Both the position numbers and the translations under genes were made by a program. 64,000 nt of DNA from an uncultured Candidatus Saccharibacteria bacterium. Lineage in GTDB: Bacteria > Patescibacteriota > Minisyncoccia > Phycocordibacterales > UBA12088. The DNA lies in the NCBI GenBank assembly GCA_964635195.1, contig CAZWNC010000002.1:3444-67443 (forward strand). Reading direction: 5' to 3'. Positions 40,988-49,763 of the stretch are shown piece by piece. Within the stretch, counting starts at the first letter, position 1. Each line of letters opens with the position of its first letter. The notes below the pieces were generated by a model. It had not been told where the DNA came from and made no database searches. It worked only from the letters and a program-made list of their open reading frames with translations.

Positions 40988-42502
40988 CTATTTCAACAAC
41001 TTGCGCACATCCTCGATCTCTTTGTCGATGAGTTCCTCTGAAATATCGAGTGCGTCTTTGAGTGACTCAAGTATGTTACGCTCGTTATCGGTCATGTTCG
41101 GCTTATGGGAAAGCGCGAGCACCTTTTCTTCGATTTCGTCGCGAAGTACACCGAAAATGTTGATGAGTTTGTCGCCCGCTTCTGCCGCTTCACGCTTGAT
41201 GCGATCCTTCTCTTCGGTATGTCGCCGTCTATCTTGAATGAGAATCGTCACAACGACCGCGAGACACGCCATGAACAGAAGTGATACCCAATATATGGCG
41301 CTAAACCCACTTGTCTTTACCTCGGTGGTCTCCACCTGCTTACTCACACCCGTCACCTCAACCTCCACTGAAGCATCACGTGTGTTACCAGCACGATCGC
41401 GCGCAATGACCTGTATGATATGTTTACCCGGCTCGAGGTTCGCCACAGTAAACGCCCCTCCGACAAGCTCAGAGGGCTGTACATCCCGGGGACGCCCGCC
41501 GTCGATAACAAGCTGGTACAGGTCAAGGCCGGAAAGTGTGTCGACCGCCTCAAACCTCGCTTGCGCGGTATTGTCACCTCCGACACCTGTGACAGTAAAT
41601 TCTTCGGGGGGTGTGGTGTCAATACGAATTGCGTAGTGTGTTGAGGAGCTCCAACCGCCACGATTCTTGTAAGAGATATGAAAATACCACACGCCATCAG
41701 TAATTCCGCTCTTTTTCCATGACGCTATTGGCGGTTCGTGCGCTTCTGCCGGTTCGCTTTCTGGCACATCATCAAAGCCGGCCTTCATTCCGGTCACACC
41801 GTAGGGAATATCCCATGCAAGCACCGCCTCCGTGAGGTTATACCAGACAGCCTGGTCGGGGTGCGAGGTACTCTTCACCACCGGTGCGTCCGGCGCGGGA
41901 ATATTGACCTGTCGTTCCTTGGGTGCGGCCTTGGGTGGCGTCACAGGGGCTGGTGCGGCAGGTGCGGCAGGAGTAATAGTGAACGATCCCCCTGCAGGAG
42001 TACCGGTCAGTTTGTTCGCTCCCCCAACAAGGAGCTGCGGGGCTTTAAAAGAAATCTGTGCAGTCCCCTCTTTTTTCGCACGAAATGTGATTGTAAAGAT
42101 AGTGGCACGCCCGCTTGCGGAACCCGTCGTACCGCACCCAAACTCAATCGTTCCTGCTGTATTGTTGGGTGTGGGTTCCGGAGTACACAAGCTAAACGCG
42201 GCATCTTTTGTTGCCGAAACAACAGTGAGCAGTGCCGGATCGAACGTCACACTTCCGCCGGTCGTGAGTCCCCGTAGCGACTCTCCGGCTGTATCGGCGG
42301 CCACTTTTACCTGAAACGACTGTCCAACCGAGTATGAACCGCTTGCGGGCGTAAGCTCATACGTCGCGGCATGTGTTTGAACAAACGACACCAAACATGC
42401 GGCTAACAAAAACGATACCCGCAGTAGTAGGGTCAGAATCGCTGAATACGGCCGTGTACCTGTCGCATTCGTAGTGTAGTGTGGTGTGCATTGCTCGCTC
42501 AT
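40988..42502 (-). CDS. Cohesin-domain surface protein with Ig-like domains, C-terminal TM and cytoplasmic coiled coil
   Basis: Signal peptide ending THA; PASGSYSVGQSFQVKV...VTFDPALLTV...GTIEFGCG...IFTITFRAKKEGTAQISF (cohesin-like); Pro/Ala linker; SHPDQAVWY...DGVWYFHI...IRIDTTPPE; TM YWVSLLFMACLAVVVTILI. Start moved to ATG 42502 to avoid overlap with hsp20. Confidence 0.8.
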   Translation of the reverse strand: MSEQCTPHYTTNATGTRPYSAILTLLLRVSFLLAACLVSFVQTHAATYELTPASGSYSVGQSFQVKVAADTAGESLRGLTTGGSVTFDPALLTVVSATKDAAFSLCTPEPTPNNTAGTIEFGCGTTGSASGRATIFTITFRAKKEGTAQISFKAPQLLVGGANKLTGTPAGGSFTITPAAPAAPAPVTPPKAAPKERQVNIPAPDAPVVKSTSHPDQAVWYNLTEAVLAWDIPYGVTGMKAGFDDVPESEPAEAHEPPIASWKKSGITDGVWYFHISYKNRGGWSSSTHYAIRIDTTPPEEFTVTGVGGDNTAQARFEAVDTLSGLDLYQLVIDGGRPRDVQPSELVGGAFTVANLEPGKHIIQVIARDRAGNTRDASVEVEVTGVSKQVETTEVKTSGFSAIYWVSLLFMACLAVVVTILIQDRRRHTEEKDRIKREAAEAGDKLINIFGVLRDEIEEKVLALSHKPNMTDNERNILESLKDALDISEELIDKEIEDVRKLLK

Positions 42503-42519
42503 AGCAAGGAGCGAGTGAT

Positions 42520-43014
42520 TTACTCGCGTGAGTGTTGCTCGTCGACCCGCACCACGTTGAGGCGCAGACCCTTTGATGCCCGGCCGACAAGCGGTAAGCG
42601 CAGTGCGAGTACCCCGTCTTTTGTTTTTGCTTCGGCACGCTCCGGATCGATCTGGTCGGGAAGAATAATCTGACGATAAAAGTCGCCCCAATGACACTCC
42701 TCGAGAGTGTAGTCGCCATTTTGTGTGCTGTGGACTTCGTGCATCAGACTCTCTGGACGCGCTGCTGAGCCTTGAATGTTCACGACGTCGTTCTCACCCG
42801 AAATAGAAACATCGAGCGTACGCATATCCATGCCGGCAAGCTGCGCATAGATAATGATTTCATCGTCGGACTGAAACACGTCAACGGGAAGCTGGAGTGC
42901 GTGTTCGGGCACGACTTCTTGCGAACCACCGTGCTGCGTCGACGCACCTTCAGTCGGTCTGCCGCTTTGATCGACCAGACCTTTGCCTTTGAGTTTATCC
43001 ATGAATGTACCCAT
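42520..43014 (-). CDS. Hsp20/alpha-crystallin small heat-shock protein
   Basis: LPVDVFQ, IIIYAQLAG, ECHWGDFYRQIILP, AEAKTKDGVLALRLP. Confidence 0.9.
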   Translation of the reverse strand: MGTFMDKLKGKGLVDQSGRPTEGASTQHGGSQEVVPEHALQLPVDVFQSDDEIIIYAQLAGMDMRTLDVSISGENDVVNIQGSAARPESLMHEVHSTQNGDYTLEECHWGDFYRQIILPDQIDPERAEAKTKDGVLALRLPLVGRASKGLRLNVVRVDEQHSRE

Positions 43015-43141
43015 AAGAAATAATGAACTTAGACACTAATGAACATGCGTGACGGTCTGACGCCCGGGAGACGTGAGATCGTTGATGTGATAAGTATAGC
43101 ACGACACCTGCATGCGGCAGCTGGAAAACAACCGGACTACG

Positions 43142-43150
43142 TGTGGATAA
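43142..43150 (-). promoter_or_regulatory. Perfect DnaA box upstream of the hsp20 promoter
   Basis: TGTGGATAA on +; extended -10 TGcTATACT on - with hexamer at 43093-43098. Confidence 0.6.
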
Positions 43151-43177
43151 ACCTTAAAACCTACATGAGAAACATAC

Positions 43178-45064
43178 TTACCCCGTCCAATGGTACAGCA
43201 TGATGGAGAAGTCGGGCAACGAGACAAGACCGTCTCCGTTGATGTCTGCCGCCGTACTTGCCGTGTTCCAATTGAAGAGCAGTATCGAAAAATCGACCAG
43301 GTTCACAAATCCGTCACAATCAAGGTCGCCCTTTCCGATACAGCCGGTATCGGCAACTTCCACCCCAATACCAATCGTCAATCGCGCACTCTTGTCACTC
43401 TCTATACCACTTTCCATTTTAGCCTGAGCAACCAACTCGTAGGTTCCTTGCGAAAGACCGGTCGAAGGTAGGGTGAGTGTCCACGCACCATTCGTTGCTG
43501 CGGTCGTCGTGGCCAGTATGTCACCTACCGACACCTGCGCAAGGCGTGGGCGAAGCCATACGCTGATGTTCGCGCGCGGCACCGAAAAGCCGGAAACCGG
43601 CACGGTCGATCCGGGCTCAATCGAACGATTTGCCACCGTGACGGTAGGTGGAAGGAGTACGTTGGCGAGAGTGGTCACCGTATCGGAACGGATCCAAAGC
43701 GTGGTCGTGTACGAGGCGCCTCGCACCCCTGTTGAGTCCGTGCCCGATACTGCGTAGGTGTACGACCCGCGATCCATTTGCTCGCTGGTATAATTGAATG
43801 AACCGTCACTTCCCGCATTGATGTCACGCGCGAGGGTGCCATCACGCACAATCGACACCACCCCGTTCGGATACCCCCAACCCGTTACGCGCACACCCGC
43901 CTGTGGTAGTTTGGTGCCTACATCCGAACTACTGCCACCCCCTCCTCCACTTCCACTCCCCGACCCGTCTCCACCGCTTGCACTGGAACCGGAGCCAGAA
44001 CCAGAGGCACCGGTTCCGGAGCCCGAACCGGTGCCTATGCAGTCAACGCCAACACAAGTCGACGAAGCGGTTGTCGAAGCGATGCCGGTACCAACCGCGG
44101 TACCGGTCGACGTGGATGTGGTTGTGGCGCTTCCCGGTGGAATACCTATCGTAAAAGTGAGTTCGTAGGCGGGGTCGATGATGTTCATGCGGTAGTCGCG
44201 ACATCGGACAAAAAACGTGTAGGTCAAGGCGTTCTCAAGCCCCGTTTCAATCGCAAAATGCCACGCCGAGTAGCCGGTGGTAGTAGTAGATACGAATGAA
44301 TACGGCATATCGAGATAATCCACGCTCGAGGTGGCGTAGCGACAAATCGCTTGCTCATTAGTCCGCACGAACATCTGGACACCCTGCGTACCCGCTTGCA
44401 GCAAACCGGAGGGCATGGACTCAAGTATGATCGGCGCCTCCTGGTCAGTCGTGTCTGCGGGACCGGCAGTCACTTGTGACACCACCGCGATCATCGTACG
44501 CCCGTAATCTATCTCAGCCGCTCCGTTTGCGGTGTATGTGGTGATGGTCACAGGATACGAACCGGTGGCGTGGGTCAGTACCATGTTACTATTACCACTC
44601 CCCACTGCAGTCGTCCCGATACGCACTTCAACCTCGTAACCCGCTCCGATGCCCACACTCGTATTAAGGTCAAAACGTATCATACCGTTCGTTCCGGTAG
44701 TTACCGACACACCGTCGGTTGCGGCGTTGCGAGTGGCGGAAAGTGGACGTGAGGTAAACGAAACGGTCGAGGTACTTCGAAAGCTCAGATCGATATCGGC
44801 ATAATTGAAGCCGCTTGCGGGAACCGTAAAACCACCGCCGGTAAAGTCCAGCACAATTCGCCCCCCCGCGGGGATTGCCTGATTTGTTCGGAAGGTGATG
44901 GTCTGCGCGGCAGACGCACTCGGTGCACTGGTCGACAGCAAGTCACGCACGTACGAAAGGTACACCGTCGCACTGACCTGTGTTCCTACATATAGAAGCG
45001 CACACATTCCGACACCAAAAAAACTGGCGACTGTTGCGGTGCGATGGGAAACAATCTTTTTCAT
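43178..45064 (-). CDS. Secreted Ig-like multidomain protein with C-terminal type I dockerin
   Basis: Signal peptide; Gly/Ser linker; duplicated EF-hand-like dockerin repeat GDLDCDGFVNLVDFSILL...ADINGDGLVSLPDFSIML. Confidence 0.85.
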   Translation of the reverse strand: MKKIVSHRTATVASFFGVGMCALLYVGTQVSATVYLSYVRDLLSTSAPSASAAQTITFRTNQAIPAGGRIVLDFTGGGFTVPASGFNYADIDLSFRSTSTVSFTSRPLSATRNAATDGVSVTTGTNGMIRFDLNTSVGIGAGYEVEVRIGTTAVGSGNSNMVLTHATGSYPVTITTYTANGAAEIDYGRTMIAVVSQVTAGPADTTDQEAPIILESMPSGLLQAGTQGVQMFVRTNEQAICRYATSSVDYLDMPYSFVSTTTTGYSAWHFAIETGLENALTYTFFVRCRDYRMNIIDPAYELTFTIGIPPGSATTTSTSTGTAVGTGIASTTASSTCVGVDCIGTGSGSGTGASGSGSGSSASGGDGSGSGSGGGGGSSSDVGTKLPQAGVRVTGWGYPNGVVSIVRDGTLARDINAGSDGSFNYTSEQMDRGSYTYAVSGTDSTGVRGASYTTTLWIRSDTVTTLANVLLPPTVTVANRSIEPGSTVPVSGFSVPRANISVWLRPRLAQVSVGDILATTTAATNGAWTLTLPSTGLSQGTYELVAQAKMESGIESDKSARLTIGIGVEVADTGCIGKGDLDCDGFVNLVDFSILLFNWNTASTAADINGDGLVSLPDFSIMLYHWTG

Positions 45065-45095
45065 ACCAAAACTCGTACCTACAGAGGCCTCTTTG

Positions 45096-45452
45096 TCACT
45101 TCATCGATCTCCTTCGCACATGATCAAGATAGAAGTTGAGCAGTATGAGACCTAAAAGCACGCTTCCAATGATACTCACGATGAGCATCGTACGCGTATC
45201 GGGTCGACTTTTAACCTCACGTAAGGCCGCTTCCCGCGATTCAAGCTCACGAGCGCGAGCCTCGAGCTGTGCCGCGGTCGCACTGTACTCGTTTTCTGGA
45301 ACACTCGCAAACACACCGATAGTCTGTGCGCGTTGCTCCTCCTTGTGAAGGTCGCGCACATCGGTACCTATGAGGAGCGCGTACGCCGAAAAAACCAACA
45401 ACGTCGCAAGCAACAATATCTTGCTATCCCCGCGAGAATACCGCCAAAACAT
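45096..45452 (-). CDS. Small two-TM protein with a coiled-coil loop
   Basis: TM - ASVPENEYS..AAQLEARARELESREAAL - TM (LILLNFYLD); start at ATG 45452, 6 nt after TATACT. Confidence 0.7.
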   Translation of the reverse strand: MFWRYSRGDSKILLLATLLVFSAYALLIGTDVRDLHKEEQRAQTIGVFASVPENEYSATAAQLEARARELESREAALREVKSRPDTRTMLIVSIIGSVLLGLILLNFYLDHVRRRSMK

Positions 45453-45720
45453 ACCCACAGTATACCGTATAAACGCTCGATACCGAGCACCACACGAGTG
45501 GATAAACAGTATAGGACTTACGCATTTGGCACATTTCTTTGTCGTCTGCGTCGCAAACCGGCTCACAATATATCTCGATATCGCTCGCCGGTATTGCTCC
45601 CTGACTTCGCGAACTTCATCCACATGCGCAAGTCCTACAATACCATCATCAACAACCAGACTTTCAATCTAGCACCACACGGCGAAGCGCTAAACCGTTC
45701 AGTACATGTAATATAGCTCA

Positions 45721-46830
45721 CTACTGGAAAAAAACGATAGTACCGAGCGATATCAGCACCAGTACCACAATAAGCCACAGTAGGACACGAGATACCCTGC
45801 GAGCAAACGTCATATCTTGTCCGACTGCACGCTTCGAAGGTGCAGTATGTCCCGCACGTTTGAGTTCGCGACGAATGTATGAGCGCAATACTCCAAAGGC
45901 GAGTGCCACAAGAGCCGCACAGGCACCGGCAACCACCCCTATTTCCTTCCACGGAAAGATCCAAAAGGTAAGTTCGTCTTTCAACGTCTTTTGCGCCGTA
46001 TCACCATACCCGACGTTTAAGAGTGCGGTGTACCTGCCGAATGCAAAAGAATCAACAGTCCATGCGGCTTCAAACGCACGTTCGGAACGGGGTAAAATGG
46101 CGTTTTGTTGTTTCTCATTGAATACAATCTGACCCACCTCTTTACCCAGCATGTTTTTGACAACAATAACTCCACGTGGTTTCTGATGTATGGTACCGGT
46201 GTTTTCGACGCGTGTGGTAAACAGTATGCTGGGTTCGGTATAGAGAGAACGATTGGTGAAAAACTCGTGCAGGATCATGTCATCGATCACCTCTCCACTA
46301 ACCCGTAAGTTCACGAGCGTACCGACATTAAAACCCACCCCTGCACCGTTTTCCGCAGTGCCCTCAGCCTCCCGCATGACAAAAATAGCAGCTGCGTGGG
46401 TACCGGGAGAAGCATCCCCCGGCACAGTAATACGATACGGTACCTCTGCAGATCCTCCGACCTCTATCGTCACTGAATCTTGAAGCGGCATAATCCATGA
46501 AGCCAAGCGAAGCGAATCAGGCTCCGTTTCTCGCGAAAAAACAGGACGGCCGTTCTGCTCCATGGTGTCTATATTGCGAACATCGATCCGGTAGGTTTGC
46601 GTGCCTCCATTTTCGTTTGTTACCACAATCGAACCTTCGATAGTGGCACCCGGGTCGACACTCTCTTCTACAACGCTTGGCTGCACTTTCACTGATATCC
46701 CATCGGTCGCGTACGTATACACAGGAAACAGTAAGAGCAGTGCGGAAAACAGGGCAAGGTATCGTGTGTGTGTGTGAGTAGTACTAGCATATCCAACTAA
46801 CCCGGAGACTGCTCCACTGATATGCGTCAC
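45721..46830 (-). CDS. DUF916/WxL-interacting-like two-Ig-domain membrane protein (paralogue 1)
   Basis: LASWI, VPYRITVPGDASPGTHAAAIF, VENTGTIHQKPRG, FGRYTA...GYG, FWIFPWKE then two TMs; start uncertain (in-frame GTG 46830 with GGAG upstream). Confidence 0.78.
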   Translation of the reverse strand: MTHISGAVSGLVGYASTTHTHTRYLALFSALLLLFPVYTYATDGISVKVQPSVVEESVDPGATIEGSIVVTNENGGTQTYRIDVRNIDTMEQNGRPVFSRETEPDSLRLASWIMPLQDSVTIEVGGSAEVPYRITVPGDASPGTHAAAIFVMREAEGTAENGAGVGFNVGTLVNLRVSGEVIDDMILHEFFTNRSLYTEPSILFTTRVENTGTIHQKPRGVIVVKNMLGKEVGQIVFNEKQQNAILPRSERAFEAAWTVDSFAFGRYTALLNVGYGDTAQKTLKDELTFWIFPWKEIGVVAGACAALVALAFGVLRSYIRRELKRAGHTAPSKRAVGQDMTFARRVSRVLLWLIVVLVLISLGTIVFFQ

Positions 46831-46963
46831 AAGAGACTGCTCCAAGGGCGCTTTTCGGGTCTTATTCTCTTGTGTGACGCACCGGCTTCGCTCACAGTCG
46901 TACTCCTTGTGGTTATTTGGGGATGGTATAATACAGGTATTCATGACTCACAATGGTTAACTA

Positions 46964-46996
46964 CAAGCCCCCGCACACACTATGCACGAGGGCTTG
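46964..46996 (-). terminator. 3' stem-loop of the WxL/pilin-like gene (terminator or mRNA stabiliser)
   Basis: Minus strand CAAGCCCTCGTGCAT-AGT-GTGTGCGGGGGCTTG pairs over 15 bp using G-U pairs, which form only on the minus-strand RNA. Confidence 0.7.
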
Positions 46997-47022
46997 GCCA
47001 CAGCATTCTCTAATAAGTATCT

Positions 47023-48180
47023 TTAGAAGACCGGAGTCGCTACGTAGGTCAAGGTTGCCGTGTAGTCTTTGGCAGCTTCCTGCAGCTCCATGATCTCAGC
47101 CTTGTAGGCAACCGTGGTGGTGCCGATACCTTGTCCTGCGCTCTCCACGACCGCGGTACCATGGTAGAAGACCTCAACCGGGTTGCCGACGAAGTTACCC
47201 ACATACCCCGCTGCGTTGAAGAAGTCGCCGGAAGCAACCGCAGCATCGTCCGAGGTCAAACCCCAGTGACCGTACGTGTCCAACTGCGAGAAGGTGCCTG
47301 CAGGACCCTGCCATGCGGTGGACACCGCCGTGTCAAGACCATCAATAAATGTGTCGATCGTCGCGGTATTGCCCGCGGTAAGGGTTTGATCGGCCTCAAC
47401 CGTGACTGCAAAGCCGTTGTACGCGTTTGTGTTTACCCGCAACTCCTGCGCAATAACACGTGCTGGCTCGGCCGGCGAAATGATGCCGAAAGGCACCGAG
47501 GTGGCGGTCGAAGTGCCGGTGGTGGTATCAACACCATCCACAATCACACCGTTATTGACAGGATTGATGGAAAATTCAAAAACGGTATTTACCTCTGCGG
47601 TCACCGTGACATCGTCGATGATGTAGACACGGGTGTCACCTTCATCGGTAATAGGAGTCGCACCAGTACCCTGGAGACTGATGACAAAGCCGGAAAGATC
47701 TTCCGCAGCGGGATTGTTCACAAAGTTGACCGCACCCACCTGTATAGTAATCACGCCAGCAGCGACTGTGTCACCCGTGCAGACATTTCCAACGATGTAA
47801 TCTCCCGCACCCACCGAAAGCTCTATTTCGGATGCGGTACCGCTACAGTTGCCCGGAGTGACCGCAGTAAAACCAGCTTCACCGCTCTGCAAGTCAGAAT
47901 CAACGAGACCGGTAAAATTAAATCGGTCTGATCCTTCGTCAAAGTAAATTCGAAAATCCTGACCGGTCGTCATGGCATTTGCCGTCGTGAAGGTAATGGT
48001 GTGCATGGCGTCGGCATTGATGTCCGAATCTGTAATCGTGTCACTAAAATCTTGCACGTTCGCGGCTCGTGCTTGCGAAACCCATGAGGGCAAGCCGAAT
48101 GCCCACGCCAAAAGTGCGAGCATCGTTACCAGTGCGACACTCCTCGGCATCGGAAGTGTGAATGCTGTGTTCGTGTTCAT
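47023..48180 (-). CDS. Secreted acidic two-domain WxL/pilin-like protein (candidate major subunit)
   Basis: Signal peptide ending ARA; beta-rich; SVPFG...AQELRVNTNAYNGF...DYTATLTYVATPVF C-terminus; no TM anchor. Confidence 0.8.
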   Translation of the reverse strand: MNTNTAFTLPMPRSVALVTMLALLAWAFGLPSWVSQARAANVQDFSDTITDSDINADAMHTITFTTANAMTTGQDFRIYFDEGSDRFNFTGLVDSDLQSGEAGFTAVTPGNCSGTASEIELSVGAGDYIVGNVCTGDTVAAGVITIQVGAVNFVNNPAAEDLSGFVISLQGTGATPITDEGDTRVYIIDDVTVTAEVNTVFEFSINPVNNGVIVDGVDTTTGTSTATSVPFGIISPAEPARVIAQELRVNTNAYNGFAVTVEADQTLTAGNTATIDTFIDGLDTAVSTAWQGPAGTFSQLDTYGHWGLTSDDAAVASGDFFNAAGYVGNFVGNPVEVFYHGTAVVESAGQGIGTTTVAYKAEIMELQEAAKDYTATLTYVATPVF

Positions 48181-48365
48181 AGACGTTTAATTATTAAGCT
48201 TACTAAATAAGGGGGCTAATAATACAATGTTGCAAAAACCTCACGCCCGCAAAGTGCATTGCGCGCGGTGTGATGGTTGGACGGCTCATGTACACATACG
48301 TGTTGTGTCATATATCCGTCACAGTCAAGTATACCGCACAGCAAGTATCTCACCTACGAATGTGT

Positions 48366-48374
48366 TGTGGATAA
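48366..48374 (-). promoter_or_regulatory. Perfect DnaA box upstream of the WxL/pilin-like gene promoter
   Basis: TGTGGATAA on +; -10 TATACT on - at 48328-48333. Confidence 0.6.
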
Positions 48375-48389
48375 CGGAGTACGCTGCAT

Positions 48390-49763
48390 TTAAGGCTGCG
48401 GAATCGGCATCTCTATCTGGTCACCTGTAGCACGTTCTTCTGTTGCTCGAAACGGCCGCTCGGTGGTGAGTACGTCGGAAAAATAGGCGTGCAACGCGAG
48501 TATGCACAATACCCCGAAGCACACGAAGAGGAAGAATGAACGATAGGTGCGTATGAACGTGCGCATTTCCATGGGGTGTACCGCATGTGTGTCGTGAGGG
48601 GTCGAAACGCCACCAACCCGCCGCAAATCGACCATACTCGCGCGTATCGGTCGTACAAGCGTTTTTAATCGCAATGCCTGACCGGTGTCGATGTCGTACG
48701 TTCGAGTAGCTGATGTCGTGTCACCGGAAACCGCAGGGTTTACGACTGCACTCACCTGCTCGGCACTCGAAACACGCTCAAGCGCAAGAGCCCGTCGGAC
48801 ATATGCGCGTATCGCCCACGCAATGAAGCGAAACACCAAAAAAGCCGCTACAGAGAGTTCGATGAGCGGTATCAAGGGCAGCACCCAGAAGTACGTGGTC
48901 GAGTGCGCAAACTGCTTACTCGTAAGTCCGTACCCAAGAGTCACTTCTGCACGGTATCTGCCGATGTCCCAAACGCCCGCGTCCGAATCCCACGTAAACG
49001 CGTACGAACGGATACTGTTTGGAAGCACATTACCAAAGCCGTTTGTTTGGTTAACGGCTATTTCGCCGCGTTTCTTGCCAAACATGTTGTATATCGTTAT
49101 CGCTCCTTGCGGCTGTAGATGGACATTTCCGAGATTTTCAAACCGGAGCGAGAGTCGTGCACTCGCACGTTCATACAAAGAACGTTCCGTTACAAACTCA
49201 CGCACCCTCCCCCGCTCTACCACGTCACCCGAGACTCGCATAAGCACAAGTGAGGCGATGGCACTGGTTACCGCCACAGTCCCCTCTTCGCGAGCACTGT
49301 CATCCGGTGGACGATTTCCGATAAGCATGGCCGCGTAGTGCCCGCCCGGTGCAGCGTCACTTGGCACCGTGAGTGTAAAGGGGATCTTCAAAGTACCCTC
49401 ACGCACTATCAATTGACCCTCGGCCGGCGCGGTAATCCATGATGCGGACGTGCCTTTTTCAAATACCGGCACACCGCTACTTGCACGTGTTGCATGTATA
49501 AAACGAGGACGGCCGCTTTCCCCGGTCGGCTCAAAACCAACCGGCTCCGCATACACCGTCATATCGTACGGATTACTGTTAACAACGGTTATTTCACTCG
49601 ACCAGGTCTCCCCGGGTGCGATGGATATCTGGAAGAGAGGTGGCGTCACCGTGAATGTCATAGATCCAGCACTACCGGCGTGGGCAAACGGGGCAACACA
49701 CAGGAACAAACAAGAGACGCCGGTCAGCACCAACACATGAGCAAGAAAGAGACGAAAGATCAT
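48390..49763 (-). CDS. DUF916/WxL-interacting-like membrane protein (paralogue 2)
   Basis: Signal peptide; SASWI, IPFTLTVPSDAAPGGHYAAML, FENLGNVHLQPQG, IGRYRA...GYG, FWVLP then TM, cytoplasmic loop, second TM. Confidence 0.82.
   Translation of the reverse strand: MIFRLFLAHVLVLTGVSCLFLCVAPFAHAGSAGSMTFTVTPPLFQISIAPGETWSSEITVVNSNPYDMTVYAEPVGFEPTGESGRPRFIHATRASSGVPVFEKGTSASWITAPAEGQLIVREGTLKIPFTLTVPSDAAPGGHYAAMLIGNRPPDDSAREEGTVAVTSAIASLVLMRVSGDVVERGRVREFVTERSLYERASARLSLRFENLGNVHLQPQGAITIYNMFGKKRGEIAVNQTNGFGNVLPNSIRSYAFTWDSDAGVWDIGRYRAEVTLGYGLTSKQFAHSTTYFWVLPLIPLIELSVAAFLVFRFIAWAIRAYVRRALALERVSSAEQVSAVVNPAVSGDTTSATRTYDIDTGQALRLKTLVRPIRASMVDLRRVGGVSTPHDTHAVHPMEMRTFIRTYRSFFLFVCFGVLCILALHAYFSDVLTTERPFRATEERATGDQIEMPIPQP

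Noticed and set aside
42503-42697. 5' extension of the 569-aa cohesin ORF
   Set aside because: Overlaps hsp20 in another frame; the signal peptide follows ATG 42502.
43920-44130. Gly/Ser/Thr low-complexity repeat in the dockerin gene
   Set aside because: Ordinary flexible linker; codons vary, so it is not a DNA tandem repeat.
46924-46932. Perfect extended -10 (TGGTATAAT) on the + strand, antisense to the pilin-like gene's 3' end
   Set aside because: Followed only by a 5-codon ORF and no other support; could be chance.
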